From contig OZ287083.1 of assembly GCA_965645245.1 (NCBI GenBank), positions 124,001 to 188,000 on the forward strand: DNA of 64,000 bases, written 5' to 3'. The notes below the pieces were generated by a model that was not told where the DNA came from, ran no database searches, and saw nothing but the letters and a program-made list of their open reading frames with translations. The first letter of the stretch is position 1, and each line of letters opens with the position of its first letter. Shown piece after piece: positions 1 to 13,222 of this stretch. The position numbers were made by a program, and so were the translations under genes. The DNA is from Massalongia carnosa. Its lineage: Eukaryota.

Positions 1-1352
1 AAGGAAGCATTAAAGGACTTTCCTGGACAAACCGCAACGGATCGACCGGACATTATGGCACGCGTTTTTCAATTGCGACAGAGCAGTTTGTTGAAGGAAT
101 TGAAAATGGACAACAATTTCGGTTGATTTCGCGGATGTATATGGACCATCGAATATCAAAAACGAAGATTACCGCATATGCATTTGCTGTTATTACTATA
201 TCCGCATGATCGTTTTATAGATGCGGATCGTATTGATCAAATAATTTCCGCCGAACTGCCGGATCCTGCTCTTGATACGGATAGAAGTTTAAGACAGATC
301 ATCGTTAAACAAATGGTTCACGGTCCTTGCGGAGCTGCAATGCCTACCGCGTCCTGTATGCAAACCGAATCCGGATCTCCCACCTGTTCCAAGCGTTATC
401 CTCGCCCGTTTCAGGAAACAACTGTTGTTGAAGAGGACGGTTATCCGATATATCGTCGCTGCAATGATGGTCGTACCTGGGAGGCTCTGATGAGTGGTGG
501 TCGGGTTTTTCGTTGCGACAATCGCTGGGTGGTTCCGTATAATCCGTATCTTTCTTGCAAATATGAAGCTCATATTAATGTCGAGGTCTGCGCGACCGTC
601 AAAGCGGTCAAATATATTCATAAATATATTTACAAAGGCATAGATCGAGCTACTGTGTAGATTGACGGATTTGACGACGAAATCGCGAGACATTTAAACG
701 GTCGTTATATCGGTCCCACTCAAGCCGCATGGCAGTTATGGGAGTATCCTTCGCACGAGGAGTTTCCTGCGGTTTATCATCTTCCGATTCATTTGCCGGA
801 TCAACAGTCCGTATATTTCAATGCAGATGCGGATCTTATTGATCTGCATAACACTTTAAACAGATCCGGTTCAAAATGAATGGCATTTTTCGAGTATAAC
901 AGACTTCATGACGACGGTCGCGAGTTGTTGTATCAAGATTTTCCAAATCATTTCGTTTGGGAACCCAAGAAAAAATGTTGGCAATCTCGACAACGTGGGT
1001 TCGCGGTTGGTCGTATTTATGCCTGCAGTCCTATGGCGGGCGAGAAATATTATTTACGGATGCTGTTGACGGTTATGCCGGGACCGCAATCATTTGAGAT
1101 TCTTCACACTGTTGACGGAGTGATTTATTCAAGTTTTCAAGCCGCTTGCAGTGCCCGAGGTTTGTTGGAAGATGATCAGGAATGGTTCAGTTGTTTTGCG
1201 GAAGCTGTGCGATTTTCTTCTGGACATTTATTGCGGGCGTTATTTGGAACAGCTTTAGTTCACGGACGTGTTACGGATCCCACGGCCTTATGGAATCGAT
1301 ACGCAAACGATATATGTGACGATTTGCCGCATCGATTACGATCTATGATTGA

Positions 1353-2629
1353 TGTGGGACAGAATATTGATGATCGAAGACCTTGATTTGCTACAACAGA
1401 ATTTTCGGCTGACTATATACAATGGGTAGGGCTGAGCACGTGAGATCAAGCTCGCTTAGTAGATGTACCAAGTCTGACACACCCCTTCGAGCGTAGAAGC
1501 TCACTGTCGCCCGAGTCTCTAGTCGTAGCACCTCTTAACTGTGTAGATTCTTCTTTTGTTGATGGCATCCTGCTTTGTAGCCTCATTAAACCCACAACCA
1601 CCCCTTTAGCTCGTATGCCTTGCCGATAAATAGGTGGATGGGAAGAGTACTATAGACGCATGCCTACAATATGTAGGGCTTTTTCTGATGGCCTGTACGA
1701 AGGACTTATTGAGATGACTTCTTTGATGAGAAGTTGATTCTTTCTTCGACCGTCGTCACACTATTGCTGATAATCTAGATTAAGAGTCTTTCTTCGACCG
1801 TCATCGCGCATTGCTGTTAGTCTAGATTAAGATCATTCTTTGATCGTCGTCACAATTTTGCTGGTAGTCTAGATTAAGAATTATGTCTGTCTCCTTCGCA
1901 GACTTAAAATACTGCCCCTCAGCGAGCTCGATGTGTAGCTGCTTTGCGGATGCTAAGCCGTGTCTGCCGGCCACGTAGAGGCCGCATGCCTACTCTTCAT
2001 GTAGGGCTTTTCGTAGCTGCTTAATGGATGCTAAGCCATATAATGTTGCTAGCCTGAGCAGGGCTTACGAGCTCTTTGCTGAGTATGTGCACCTTTGGAC
2101 ACTATCTCCCCCGACCGCAATTGTGTTCTCTTTCCTGTTATCGCTTTGTCTCGTTTCTACCCGACCTCAAGCTCGTTTCCATCCCGTTTCCGCTCATCAT
2201 GACTTCGTGTCTGACTTCGTGTCTGCTTGATGTCCCCATTTCGTTGACAATCGACTTCCGCTTGTGTTTCTGCATAGGCGCTTGTGGCACTCGCTCGTGT
2301 CCGCTTATTCCATTCGTATTCACTTCGTGAGTGTATCTGACTGATGCGATGTAATGTGTGTGATTCAAGAAAGGAATGACGTGATGATACGACACGACAG
2401 CAATCGACTGCTCGTGAAGGAAGGCTTCCTCTGTCTATTGAATAAAGAGTAGCGGAATTTGTATGTAATTGACTAAAACACATGCGATTCCGGGCTCATA
2501 ACTGTGGGACAGAATATTGATGATGGAAGACCTTGATTTGCTACAACAGAATTTTCGGCTGACTATATACAATGGGTAGGGCTGAGCACGTGAGATCAAG
2601 CTCGCTTAGTAGATGTACCAAGTCTGACA
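1353..2629 (-). mobile_element. TRIM-like non-autonomous Copia-type LTR element A
   Basis: 127-bp TG...CA LTRs at 1353-1479 and 2503-2629 (one mismatch seen). 5-bp TSD ATTGA. PBS GTTATGAGCCCG (rc of 2491-2502). Purine tract next to the left LTR (rc of CACCCCTT). No gag/pol motifs. Confidence 0.92.
1738..1882. repeat. Three degenerate ~48-bp tandem repeats inside TRIM A
   Basis: Recurring TTCTT(C)GACCGTC...TTGCTG...TCTAGATTAAGA. Confidence 0.75.
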
Positions 2630-3077
2630 ATTGATATCCCTGACGATTTAACGACTCCGTATTTGGATTACGGACTGTATTTATTAAACGAAGTTCTTTC
2701 GGATTTGGGGAAATGGCTGCAGGATTTTAATATGCCTTTGTTTGTACACGATTGGGGTCGGAGTACTGGAAATCCTTTAATTGCGGGTGAAATAACTTAC
2801 GATTTCAATGAAGAAACGACGTTACGAAATGAACGATATACTCAACTGAATGCGGATCAGAAATACTGTTTTCATACTATTGTTGTGGGAGTTAGAAATC
2901 ATTCTAGAACGGCGCATTTTTTTGTTCACGGGCCTGCAGGAACAGGTAAGACTTTTTTATATAAGACTCTTTGCAATCATTTCCGGGCAGAGAATAAAAT
3001 CGTTCTTTGCTTTGCGTCTTCCGGCATTGCGGCTTTACTTCTTCCTGGGGGACAGACTTCACACTCCCGTTTTAAAA

Positions 3078-3968
3078 TGTTAAATAAACAGTTGACGGCA
3101 TAATGTTGAAATTACTACGGAGGTGACTGCTTATAGTAGTCATGGCAGCCTGCAGGGCTGAGCTAGAACTAATGGGGCTAAGCGAGTATTCCAACACTCC
3201 CCTTCGAGTATGGCTCCCCTTTCGCCTCCAAAATTGAAACTATCCAGCTTTTATCATTCCCCTTGCGAAGTGATTCATCCAGCTGTGTCCGATTCGCTTC
3301 CCTTACGGAACGAATCTAGCTCCCTCTGACCCCATTTTCCCTAAGCACGTAGTTCTTTCTTATATCTTTTGTTGTCCTGCTTTGTAGCCTCATTAAACCC
3401 ATAACCATCTCTCGAAACGTAGCTTTTGTGAGTGTATGGGTGGATAGGAAGAGTACTATGGAGGCGTTTTATTGATGGCCTGAGCAGGGCTTTTCTCGAT
3501 GTCTCTGTTAGACATTTTCCCGCAGACCATTGACGTTGGTGGCCTGATCGCAGGGCTTTTATCTCCCCTTGCTGATCAGACCAGTAATGCAAGATATGAA
3601 GTCTTCGAGGCACCGCCCGTTGTAGATATCCTCCTTAGCACGTTTCGTACGTAGACCACTTTCGATGACATTTCCGCTTCGTTTCCGCTTCGTTTCTCAT
3701 CCCTTTCGATATCGTTTCCGCTTCGTTTTCGAGCTTTCCACGTCTGAACTTTCACCTCATTATCTTCTTGATACGACATGATAGTACGTAGTCTATGCAT
3801 GAAGGATGCCGTCGGAGGGGCGCAAAGCACAAACCCGGGACTCATAACCTGTTAAATAAACAGTTGACTGCATAATGTTGAAATTACTACGGAGGTGACT
3901 GCTTATAGTAGTCATGGCAGCCTGCAGGGCTGAGCTAAAACTAATAGGGCTAAGCGAGTATTCCAACA
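3078..3968 (-). mobile_element. TRIM-like non-autonomous Copia-type LTR element B
   Basis: 119-bp TG...CA LTRs at 3078-3196 and 3850-3968. TSD TAAAA. PBS GGTTATGAGTCCC (rc of 3837-3849). PPT is the rc of CTCCCCTT. No coding capacity. Confidence 0.92.
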
Positions 3969-4456
3969 TAAAATTCCTTTGATTTTAAATGAGGACAGCG
4001 TGTGTAATATCATCCGCAACACGTATTTACACGGTCTTTTGCAACGCACAGCATTAATCATTTGGGATAAGGTGTCGATGCAATACAAACAATGCTTCAT
4101 GGCCCTATATCGCACTTTTACGGACCTTTTAGGCAATGACGATCTTATCGGAGGTATTCCGATGGTGTTAGGCTGAGATTTCGCTCAAATCTTGCCCGTT
4201 GTTCCCCGTGGAAATCGGCAAGCCATCGTTGCGGCGAAAATTCAAAACACCTTTCTGTGGCCACGATTTCAAAAACTGTTTTTGCGTCAAAACATGCGAA
4301 TTAGTAACGGAGTCGCCAATGAGGCGTTTGCGGACTGGATCGGGAAAATGTCTTATGATCCTGCTTTTTACGGTCGTGTTCAGCTACCGGAACAAGTCAA
4401 TCAATTGAATAACTTAGAGAGTTTCGTGGACATCGTTTTTCCTTCGGATCGCATGC

Positions 4457-5811
4457 TGTTATAGCGCCGCCGTATAAGGCTGATTATTACTAAGCCTGAT
4501 GATTCAGCGGTGCTGAACACAGTCATACTATAGTCAGGTCGAGTGTAATGGGCTACGAGACCAGTAAGCTTATCACGAGCGACACTGATCTCGAAAGGGG
4601 AAATGCTCAGCGTGAGAGGTGGAAGATAGCTACTACGTGCTAGTCTCCGAGAGTATACGTGATCCAAAGAACTAATGGATGTGGAAGTGCTTAGACCAAG
4701 AGATCTCGTCCGAGACCTAAACGTAGGTTGTTCATAGAATAAAGACTAATTGCTAACGAATACTACAAGATTCGTTCTGATATTTATCCTACTCACCCCA
4801 AGCCTATAGCCTTGGGAGCCTTGGAACCTTAGGAGCCTTGCAAGCCTTGGGAGTCTTGCGAGCATTACAGCCTTGCAATCCACATCCGACTTTATCACAT
4901 TACATCCAACCATCCCTCAGGATCCATCTACGAACTCGGCGTTCGCTGGATCATCTAGTCAGCCTCGAGCAGCCTTCTAGATCTTCCCTTGCAAGGTAGA
5001 ACCATTCTACCCCCGGCTAGATCCCTCACTACATGCCTCAGGCTATGTAGCTTCATTTCGCCGTCACCACTACCTAGTGATGGAAGGTTACCTCCGACTG
5101 AATACCTCGCTATACTGCGGACCTGCCTCTAGACACAAGGTCTAGACAACGAGGTCATGTAGGTTCATTCAGCCGACATCACTACCAACGTAGTAATAAA
5201 GGTTGAAGCTGAATTTTACACCGGGGAGCCTAGCTCAAGCTGCGTCCAGCGAGCCGTGCCTCCTGCTACCTCTCTTGAACCATCAAGAGATCCAGTAGCT
5301 CCGAGTAGGCCAGTAGATTCCATATAGAGTTCCTCGGCGTCTCCACAGGAGTCCGCCTTACACTCCATGGCAATCTACCACCACGGCCTCGACAGGTGTT
5401 TGATCTGTAAGTAGTCAAGAACGTGATAACAATAACTCCGAAGTTTCGGGGCAAGATGGCAGTGTGTCAGCCTCGACGGCTTATGCGACTTCGTACTACG
5501 GCATGGTCCACGCTAGTTAATCCCGCAACCGCCATATGCGATCACGTATCCCTCTAGCGCCATCCGTATTACATCAAGCGATTACTACTAGGACGGGACA
5601 GAAGGTCTGAGCCCACGGAGGAACGTCCGCCCTTAGTTGGCATAGTTGGCAGAGTACTGAAGAAACTCGACCTCGACTATTCCCACTGATCTATATAATA
5701 TGGTGTTAGGCCCACCTAGATAGATAATCTTACAATTTAACTACTCCGTACTGAATTTTTCTACTCTTAACCTACTACACTAACTACTCCTAGTTCAGAG
5801 TCACTCTAACA
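4457..5811. mobile_element. Solo LTR (~320 bp of its own sequence) hosting a second solo LTR
   Basis: Starts TGTTA, ends TAACA, flanked by TSD CATGC (4452-4456, 5812-5816); interrupts the Helitron helicase. Confidence 0.8.
4544..5573 (-). mobile_element. Solo LTR of the Gypsy family found at 7135-13220
   Basis: TGTAAT...ATTACA ends; highly similar to LTRs 7135-8149 and 12231-13220; flanks TCGAG/TCAAG (TSD with one G>A change). Confidence 0.92.
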
Positions 5812-8239
5812 CATGCGGCAAGCTCATCTGGATGCGGATTTTTTCGCAAGTCGAGCAATTTTGACTTTGCGAAACGATATCGTCGCGGAGTTAAACGGTG
5901 CAATACTGATAAAATTGCAGGGCGATTCGCACACCTTGAATTCCGTTGATCAAATAGAGAACGATACGGCGCAGGAACGAGGAGACTTTCTTCCTCCCGA
6001 GTTTTTACGGACCTTGCAAACATCGTCTTTACTACCTTCACAATTGCAACTGAAACTTGAAGCTCCGATTATTTTGTTGCGGAATTTATATCCCAAACTT
6101 GGTCTCTGTAACGGCACCCGATTACGTCTTACTCACATTTCGCGGACCTGTCTAGAGGGAAATATTTTGGGAGGAGAATTCAACGGTGAAACGCGATTAA
6201 TTCCCCGGATTCTTCTTAATACCACGGAAGGCGAGTTGCCCTGGATCATAAGTCGCAAACAATTTCCCATACGATTGTGCTTTGCTATGACTGTCAACAA
6301 GTCGCAAGGTCAATCATTGGACACGGTAGGAGTCGATTTGCGAGCTCCTCCTTTTACTCATGGTCAGTTATATGTAGCATTATCTCGAGTTGCGGATGTG
6401 TCTCGATTGTGTGTGTTGTTTCCGGAACGAAATGACGGAAAAGCGGATAACATTGTATATGCGGAAGTAATTCTGTGATCGCAACATGACATGATAACTC
6501 ATGTTCCTCCGAATCCTGCTTTAAGTTTATGATGATATACGGTATCAAGTCACTTAGAAATTGTATTCAATTGCAAAATAGACAGCAACTTTATTGTGCT
6601 ATCAAAAATTTACCGTCCGGGTAATCAAGTGTGACAGCTGCGAATATTAAATTAAATAGATAATACTGTGGTTTTGACTTTACAACCTTTTACAAATTGT
6701 ATCGATCGTAAAAACTTGAAATCGGTTCCAAAATCTCGGTTCTGAGATGGTACGGTCTCGTCTATATTGTACTGAATTACCTCCCCTGCTACTTTGGGCA
6801 AGACTACCTTATTCGGTTAGATCCAACCTCATGCGGTTAGATTTAACCCGAAAAGGGGAAGGCGTGTTGCGGAACAGTACTGAATTATCAAATAATGCGG
6901 AGAGGACGCCGTACGGAAAAGATCAAAAAGAGGCACCTCATTGCGAGCATGCATTTCATCGTATGATGTCCTAAAACTTTGCAGACCTATGAATCATGTC
7001 AACTATAGTCGATATGTCGAAACTTGCATGCTTTTTCGCCCGTTTGCGATGGGGGGAGGAGGTATCTTCGCGATGCATCAGATTTTCTTTGAAATCGTCC
7101 TTAAGAGGTTTAGCGCGGACTCGATTGGGTTTACTGTAATGAGCTACGAGACCAGTAAGCTAATCACGAGCGACACTGATCTCGAAAGGGGAAATGCTCA
7201 GCGTGAGAGGTGGAAGATAGCTACTACGTGCTAGTCTCCGAGAGTATACGTGATCCAAAGAACTAATGGATGTGAAAGTGCTTAGACCAAGAGATCTCGT
7301 CTGAGACCCAAACGTAGGTTGTTCATAGAATAAAGACTAATTGCTAACGAATACTACAGCATTCGTTCTGCTATTTATCCTACTCACCCCAAGCCTATAG
7401 CCTTGGGAGCCTTGGAACCTTAGGAACCTTGCAACCCAGATCTGACCTTATCGCCTTGCATCCAACCATCCCTCAGGATCCATCTACGAACTCGACGTTC
7501 GCTGGATCATCTAGTCAGCCTCGAGCAGCCTTCTAGACCTTCCCTTGCAAGGTAGAACACTTCTACCTCCGGCTAGATCCCTCGCTACATTGCTAGCCTG
7601 CCTCTAAACATAAAGTCTAGACGCCGAGGCTATGTAGCTTCATTTCGCCGTCACCACTACCAACGTAGCGATGGAAGGTTACCTCCGACTGAATCTCTAT
7701 CTACACTGCGGACCTGCCTCTAGACACAAGGTCATGTAGGTTCATTCAGCCGACATCACTACCAGCGTAGCAATAAAGGTGGAAGCTGAAGTTTACACCG
7801 GGGAGGTCGAGCTCAAGCTGCGTCCAGCTAGCCGTGCCTCCTGCTACAACTCTTGATCCATCAAGAGATCGAGTAGCTCCGAGTAGGCCAGTAGATTCCA
7901 TATAGAGTTCACGGCTAGTCTCCACAGGAGTTCGCCTTACTCCATGGCAATCTACCACCACGGCCTCGACAGGTGTTTGATCTGTAAGCAGTCTAGAACG
8001 TAGTAACAACTAATTCGGAGTTGTGTGGCAAGGTGGTGTCGTGTCAGCCTCGACGGCTGTGCGACTAAGTACTACGGCTTGGCTCATGCTAGTTAATCCT
8101 GCAACCGCCGTAGGCGATCACGTATCCCTCTAGCGCCATCCGCATTACAATTGCCTCCCCTCTAGGACGCGAGCTCCGCCGAGCGTGTAGTGGATAGTAA
8201 CGACACGTTAGGTGGGTGGTATGATGTGTATGGCAGGCG

Positions 8240-8470
8240 GTGAAAAACCTCCTTCCTTGTATGATAGCAAGGAGTAAAACCGGCCTCCGAAGTCAATGAA
8301 AAACCTCCTAACCCAGTGAGAACTGAGGAAGAAAACCGACTTATCGAGATCGATGAAAAACCCTAAAACCCTGATAAGACAACGGGAGAACGTAGGGAAA
8401 ACCGACTTTTCAAGATCGATGAAAAACCCTTAAACCGTGATAAGATAACGGGAAAACGAAGGGAAAACCG
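8240..8470. repeat. Degenerate short repeats in the Gypsy 3' UTR
   Basis: About 4 copies of the (GATC)GATGAAAAACC(C)T / GAAAACCGAC motifs. Confidence 0.6.
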
Positions 8471-8515
8471 ATCCTAGATTCCATAGCATGTGGCAGGAGA
8501 GAAACCCCGAGGCTT

Positions 8516-11048
8516 CTACTTCTTCGCCTTCTTGCTCCGAGTGCTGGTAGCTGGTCGGCCGTGTTTCCGCTTGTTTTTAGGCTCAACGGTCGGCTTAGCC
8601 ATTGGCGGTGCGGTGTCGATAGGAGGAGAGGTTGCTGTCGGCTTGGTGGGGTTACCCTCATGGTAGGCTTTGACGATCTTCCGTAGGTGTTTGATAGCTG
8701 CCGCCGGTTCTCACGTACTTTCATCTTCTGGATAACCTCATGCCACCAATGCTGACTTTGTAAGGACCTTCAGAGGTCAAGTCTTGGCGGAGCGTATCCC
8801 AAAATTGACGTAGTTGAGGGACGACGTGCGTTCCGCAGATGATGACGTGGTGTGGAGGGGTGAGATGCTGAGTACTAGTGATACCAGAGATGCTGGCGCT
8901 GGTCAGCGAGGACTGCAATCGGTGAAGGATTCGAGTATTCTCAGCTCGAAGCACTTCCTCTTCGCCTTGGCTCCTCTGAGGATAGCGAGATAAAGCATCG
9001 GCAGCTCCATTAGCCTTGCCTTGACGATAATCGATGCGGAAATTGTAACGAGAGAGTTCTTGCGCCCGGCGAACCTGGCGGGGCTTAAACTCTTCGCATC
9101 CATAAATCGCTTCAGGTTGTTGTGGTCTGTAAGCACGAGAACTTCATGATTACAACCTTCGAGATAATGCCTCCAATTCTTAAAGGCTTCAACGATGGCC
9201 AGTAGTTCCCCATCGTGAGTTTCGTAACGAGTTTCTGCAGGAATCATTTTCCGAGAAAAATACGCTACTGGGTGCCATTTGCCGGTTTCGATATCCAGCT
9301 GGCTAAGAACGCCACCTATGGCGTAACCCGAGGCGTCCGTCTCAAGTCGGATGTGGCGCTCAGGGTCAAAATGTCGGAGGATCGGTTCTTCAGTGAACGC
9401 CTGCTTTAATTGGGCAAAGGCTAACTTAGCGGCAGGAGTTAGGAAACAACATTCTTCCTCTCCGCACCTTGCCTTTGGGGATGGCCCAGTGTTGGCTACC
9501 AAGTTTGTTTTGAGCATCGAGGTGAGTGGAGCAGCAATCTTGCTGAACCCCTGGATGAACCGCCGGTAGAAGTTGGCGAATCCCATAAACACCTGGACGT
9601 CTCGTACTGACTTGGGTTCTGGCCAGTTCTTGACAGCTTCAATCCTTTCCTCTTCCATACGAATTCCTTGGCTACAGACAACGTAGCCTAGGAAGCGAAC
9701 CTCATCCTGATGAAAACGGCACTTCTTTAGATTGGCAAAAAGTCCGTTTTTTCGGAGGTTCTCCAAGACCCACTTAACAGCCTCAACGTGGCCTTGGCCT
9801 GAGTCCTCGGTATAGATCAGGATGTCATCCAAGTATACGATAACGAAGATGTCGAGTTTCTCTGCTAGAATTTTGTTGATATAGCCCTGAAAACTAGCTG
9901 GGGCATTAGAAAGGCCGAAGGGCATAACCTGATACTCGAAGTGGCCATATCGAGTCCTGAAGGCCGTCTTCCATTCGTCACCTTCTCGAATTCGCATCCG
10001 ATGATACGCATTCGTGAGATCCAGATAGGTAAATCGCTTGGCACGGCCTAGTCGATCAAGCGACTCTCCAATCAAGGGTAACGGGTACCGATTCTTGATC
10101 GTCAGGGTATTGAGTCCTTGATAATCCACACACAGGCAGACTACCGTCCTTCTTGCGGATGAACAGTATCGGAGCACCAGCCGGAGACTGGGAAGGCCTA
10201 ATAAAACCGCTGGCTAGGTTGGTTTCGATATAGGTTTTCAGTGTCTCTAGTTCCACAGGACCTAGGCTGTAGATTGGGCCATAAGGTGGCTGCTTACCAT
10301 CTACTAGGTCAATAGGATGGTCGTTAATGCCGGTGTGCTCCGGTAGCTCTACTGCGGAGCCAGGGGAGAAAACGTTAGAGAAGTCGGAATATTCAACGGG
10401 GATCTTGGCCTCCTCGCTCACTAGCGAGGCTACTTGGGCCTGACGAGAGGCGTGGATCGGCATGGACGATGGCTTGCTTACGGCCATTACATGCACCACA
10501 TATACCTCGTCGTCTCCTCCAAGAACCGCCGCCGCGAATTCTTCCTTATCGATGATCTCCACACGTCTGGTTGTTGGTAAAGCCTCGGCAGCTGTGTAGG
10601 TTCTCCAGGCGAGCTCTCGCTCTGCGAACCGTATATCCACACTGCTGAGTGTAAGAAAAGGCATCCCCAGGACCACCTCCAGGCTAATATTAGCCAACAA
10701 GAAGGTTTCCTGGAAGAATCGAACCTTCCCTAGCTTGTCCTTGACCGCGAACCCTGCGATAACCATACCGAAGGTATCCAGGTGAGATCCATCAATCTTT
10801 TGCGCCCCAACATCTGTTTCCCTAACACGAAGGCCTAGTTTCGCGGCATAAGCGGGGTGCATTGCGTTGAGCTCGCTGCCCGAATCTATCAAAGCCTGTA
10901 TCTCGTCTTGATCCTTCCTCAAATGGACCGGATATCGAATACAAGGAACCCGCTCAAGATTAGCCTCCTTACTAGTTTCAGTCGGAGGCGCGGAGGTTGC
11001 CAAGACCGATACTAGTTTTTTGAGGCGTCCTTCTTGGACTCGCGACAA
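8516..11048 (-). pseudogene. pol: Gypsy pol: protease, RT and RNase H (frameshifted) plus chromodomain tail; no integrase core
   Basis: ALIDSGSELN (aspartic protease), YLDD (RT), ETDASGYAIG (RNase H), then GYPEDEST*EPAAAIKHLRK...KPTATSPPIDTAPP. Confidence 0.9.
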
Positions 11049-12156
11049 GTATTTGAGTAGTGTCCCTTCTTGTTGCAGTTGATGCAGGTGATTTGGGATA
11101 AGTCCTTGCTGGTGCCGCTGGAAGTGTTGGCACCGGTGGCCGGAGTCGACTCCGAGCCTTTCCGATCTCGACCATGATCAAGACGTCGCTGCCTTTTCTT
11201 TTCTCTTCGAGCTTTCTTGTCAGCAATCTCGCTGTTCTCTGGGCGCGAGGAGTTTGATTGCTTCGGACCCGACGGTTTGGGTTTTTCGCTAGGCTCGTCT
11301 CGAGGGTCTCGAGTAGAGGTCTGGGTTTGGCCACAGTGGCATGAGCGGGCCGGTTTCCATGCGGACAACGCTGATCCATCTCACGAAGGATCGATTGCGG
11401 CTGCAGGCTAGCTTTTGCCTCAGCATCGATCGCTTTTTCGACCAGCTCCTCCCAACTGTCTAGTTCCCTTCCTCGTTGTTCCATCTGGGCCTTTATCGAA
11501 GGCTTGAGGCCTTCACGAAAGAACCGGATAAGGTCCGACTCCTCTGGAGCTCCCTCATCGTCAAACTCCAGGAGTATAGATTGCAGATGTTCCAGGTGAG
11601 AAGCCCAATCCTGAGCTTCTTCTTGTTGATACTGGGAGTCCCGCTTGATCCTACTCCAGGTTGCGTCCACAAAAGCCCTGGAGTCTCCAAGATTCTTCCG
11701 AAGGAAAGCCTTGAACTCGGTCCAAGACAAAGGTCCTACCTCTTCGCCTTGGCTTCGACGTTTGTGCTGGTGCCAACGAAAGCTAATCCGGCCACGAAGG
11801 AAAGATGCGGCAAAGGGTGTACGGTTTGACCCCGTTGCGCCGGCGGTGTCAAAGTGGTCTTCGCATTGTTGGCAGAAATGGTAACACTCCATATGGGACT
11901 TTCCATAGTAGAGATCCGGGAACCAAGCTTTCAACTGACCTTCTCGGGGGCCTTCATGTCGACTACCTTGTGCCTGGAGGAACGACTCCATGCAGAGCTT
12001 TGTGATTCTCTGCAGATCTTCCTCTGTGTATTTGGCAGGGCCCGTAGCTTCCCCAGTGCTTGGTGTCGGTGACTCTTCCGCTGAGGAGATCTTGTTGGAC
12101 CTTGCCGAACATTCCGGCGAGGGCGAGAGCTTGATGACATCGTTTGCGGAGTTCAA
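11012..12156 (-). pseudogene. gag: Gypsy gag with a frameshift before the CCHC zinc knuckle
   Basis: Capsid-like ORF 10978-12156; ORF 11012-11368 carries CINCNKKGHYSNTC. Confidence 0.85.
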
Positions 12157-13222
12157 AAACAGATGGCTCCACTAGCTAAGCTTCCTCCAAACGCGCTGGC
12201 TGACCCGTAGGGTATGAGAGCAATTAGAATTGTAATGGGCTACGAGACCAGTAAGCTAATCACGAGCGACACTGACCTCGAAAGGGGAAATGCTCAGCGT
12301 GAGAGGTGGAAGATAGCTACTACGTGCTGGTCTCCGAGAGTATACGTGATCCAAAGAACTAAGGGATGTAAAAGTGTTTGGACCAAGAGATCTCGTCTGA
12401 GACCCAAACGTAGGTTGTTCATAGAATAAAGACTAATTGCTAACGAATACTACAGCATTCGTTCTGGTATTTATCCTACTCACCCCAAGCCTATAGCCTT
12501 GGGAGCCTTGGAACCTTAGGAACCTTGCAACCCACTTCTGACCTTATCGTCTTACATCCAACCATCCCTCAGGATCCATCTACGAACTCGGCGTTCGCTG
12601 GATCATCTAGTCAGCCTCGAGCAGCCTTCTAGACCTTCCCTTGCAAGGTAGAACACTTCTACCTCCGGCTAGATCCCTCGCTACATTGCTAGCCTGCCTC
12701 TAAACATAAAGTCTAGACGCCGAGGCTATGTAGCTTCATTTCGCCGTTACCACTACCAACGTAGCGATGGAAGGTTACCTCCGACTGAATCTCTATCTAC
12801 ACTGCGGACCTGCCTCTAGACACAAGGTCTAGACCACAAGGTCATGTAGGTTCATTCAGCCGATATCACTACCAACGTAGCAATAAAGGTGGAAGCTGAA
12901 GTTTACACCGGGGAGGCCGAGCTCAAGCTGCGTCCAGCTAGCCGTGCTTCCTGCTACAACTCTTGATCCATCAAGAGATCGAGTAGCTCCGAGTAGGCCA
13001 GTAGATTCCATATAGAGTTCACGGCTAGTCTCCACAAGAGTTCGCCTTACTCCATGGCAATCTACCACCACGGCCTCGACAGGTGTTTGGAGTTGTGTGG
13101 CAAGGTGGCGTCGTGTCAGCCTCGACGGCTATGCGACTAAGTACTACGGCCTGGCTCATGCTAGTTAATCCCGCAACCGCCGTAGGCGATCACGTATCCC
13201 TCTAACGCCATCCGTATTACTG

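Larger units (their letters stand above)
1..6478 (+). mobile_element. Helitron Rep/helicase gene, decayed (stops) and split by three LTR-type insertions; 5' part lies outside the window
   Basis: HUH motif EYQKRRLPHMHLLL (~151-195) and KYIHKYIYKG (Rep). Pif1 helicase motifs GPAGTGKT and QFPIRLCFAMTVNKSQGQSL...HGQLYVALSR. The frame rejoins after removing insertions 1353-2629, 3078-3968 and 4457-5811 plus one TSD copy each (RSMID|IPDD, SRFKI|PLILN, SDRM|RQAHL). Confidence 0.93.
7135..13220 (-). mobile_element. Ty3/Gypsy chromovirus-type LTR retrotransposon, integrase deleted
   Basis: ~1-kb LTRs at 7135-8149 and 12231-13220; PPT is the rc of TTGCCTCCCCTCT at ~8151-8163; domain order gag-PR-RT-RNaseH; chromodomain remnant before the 3' UTR. 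Confidence 0.95.
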
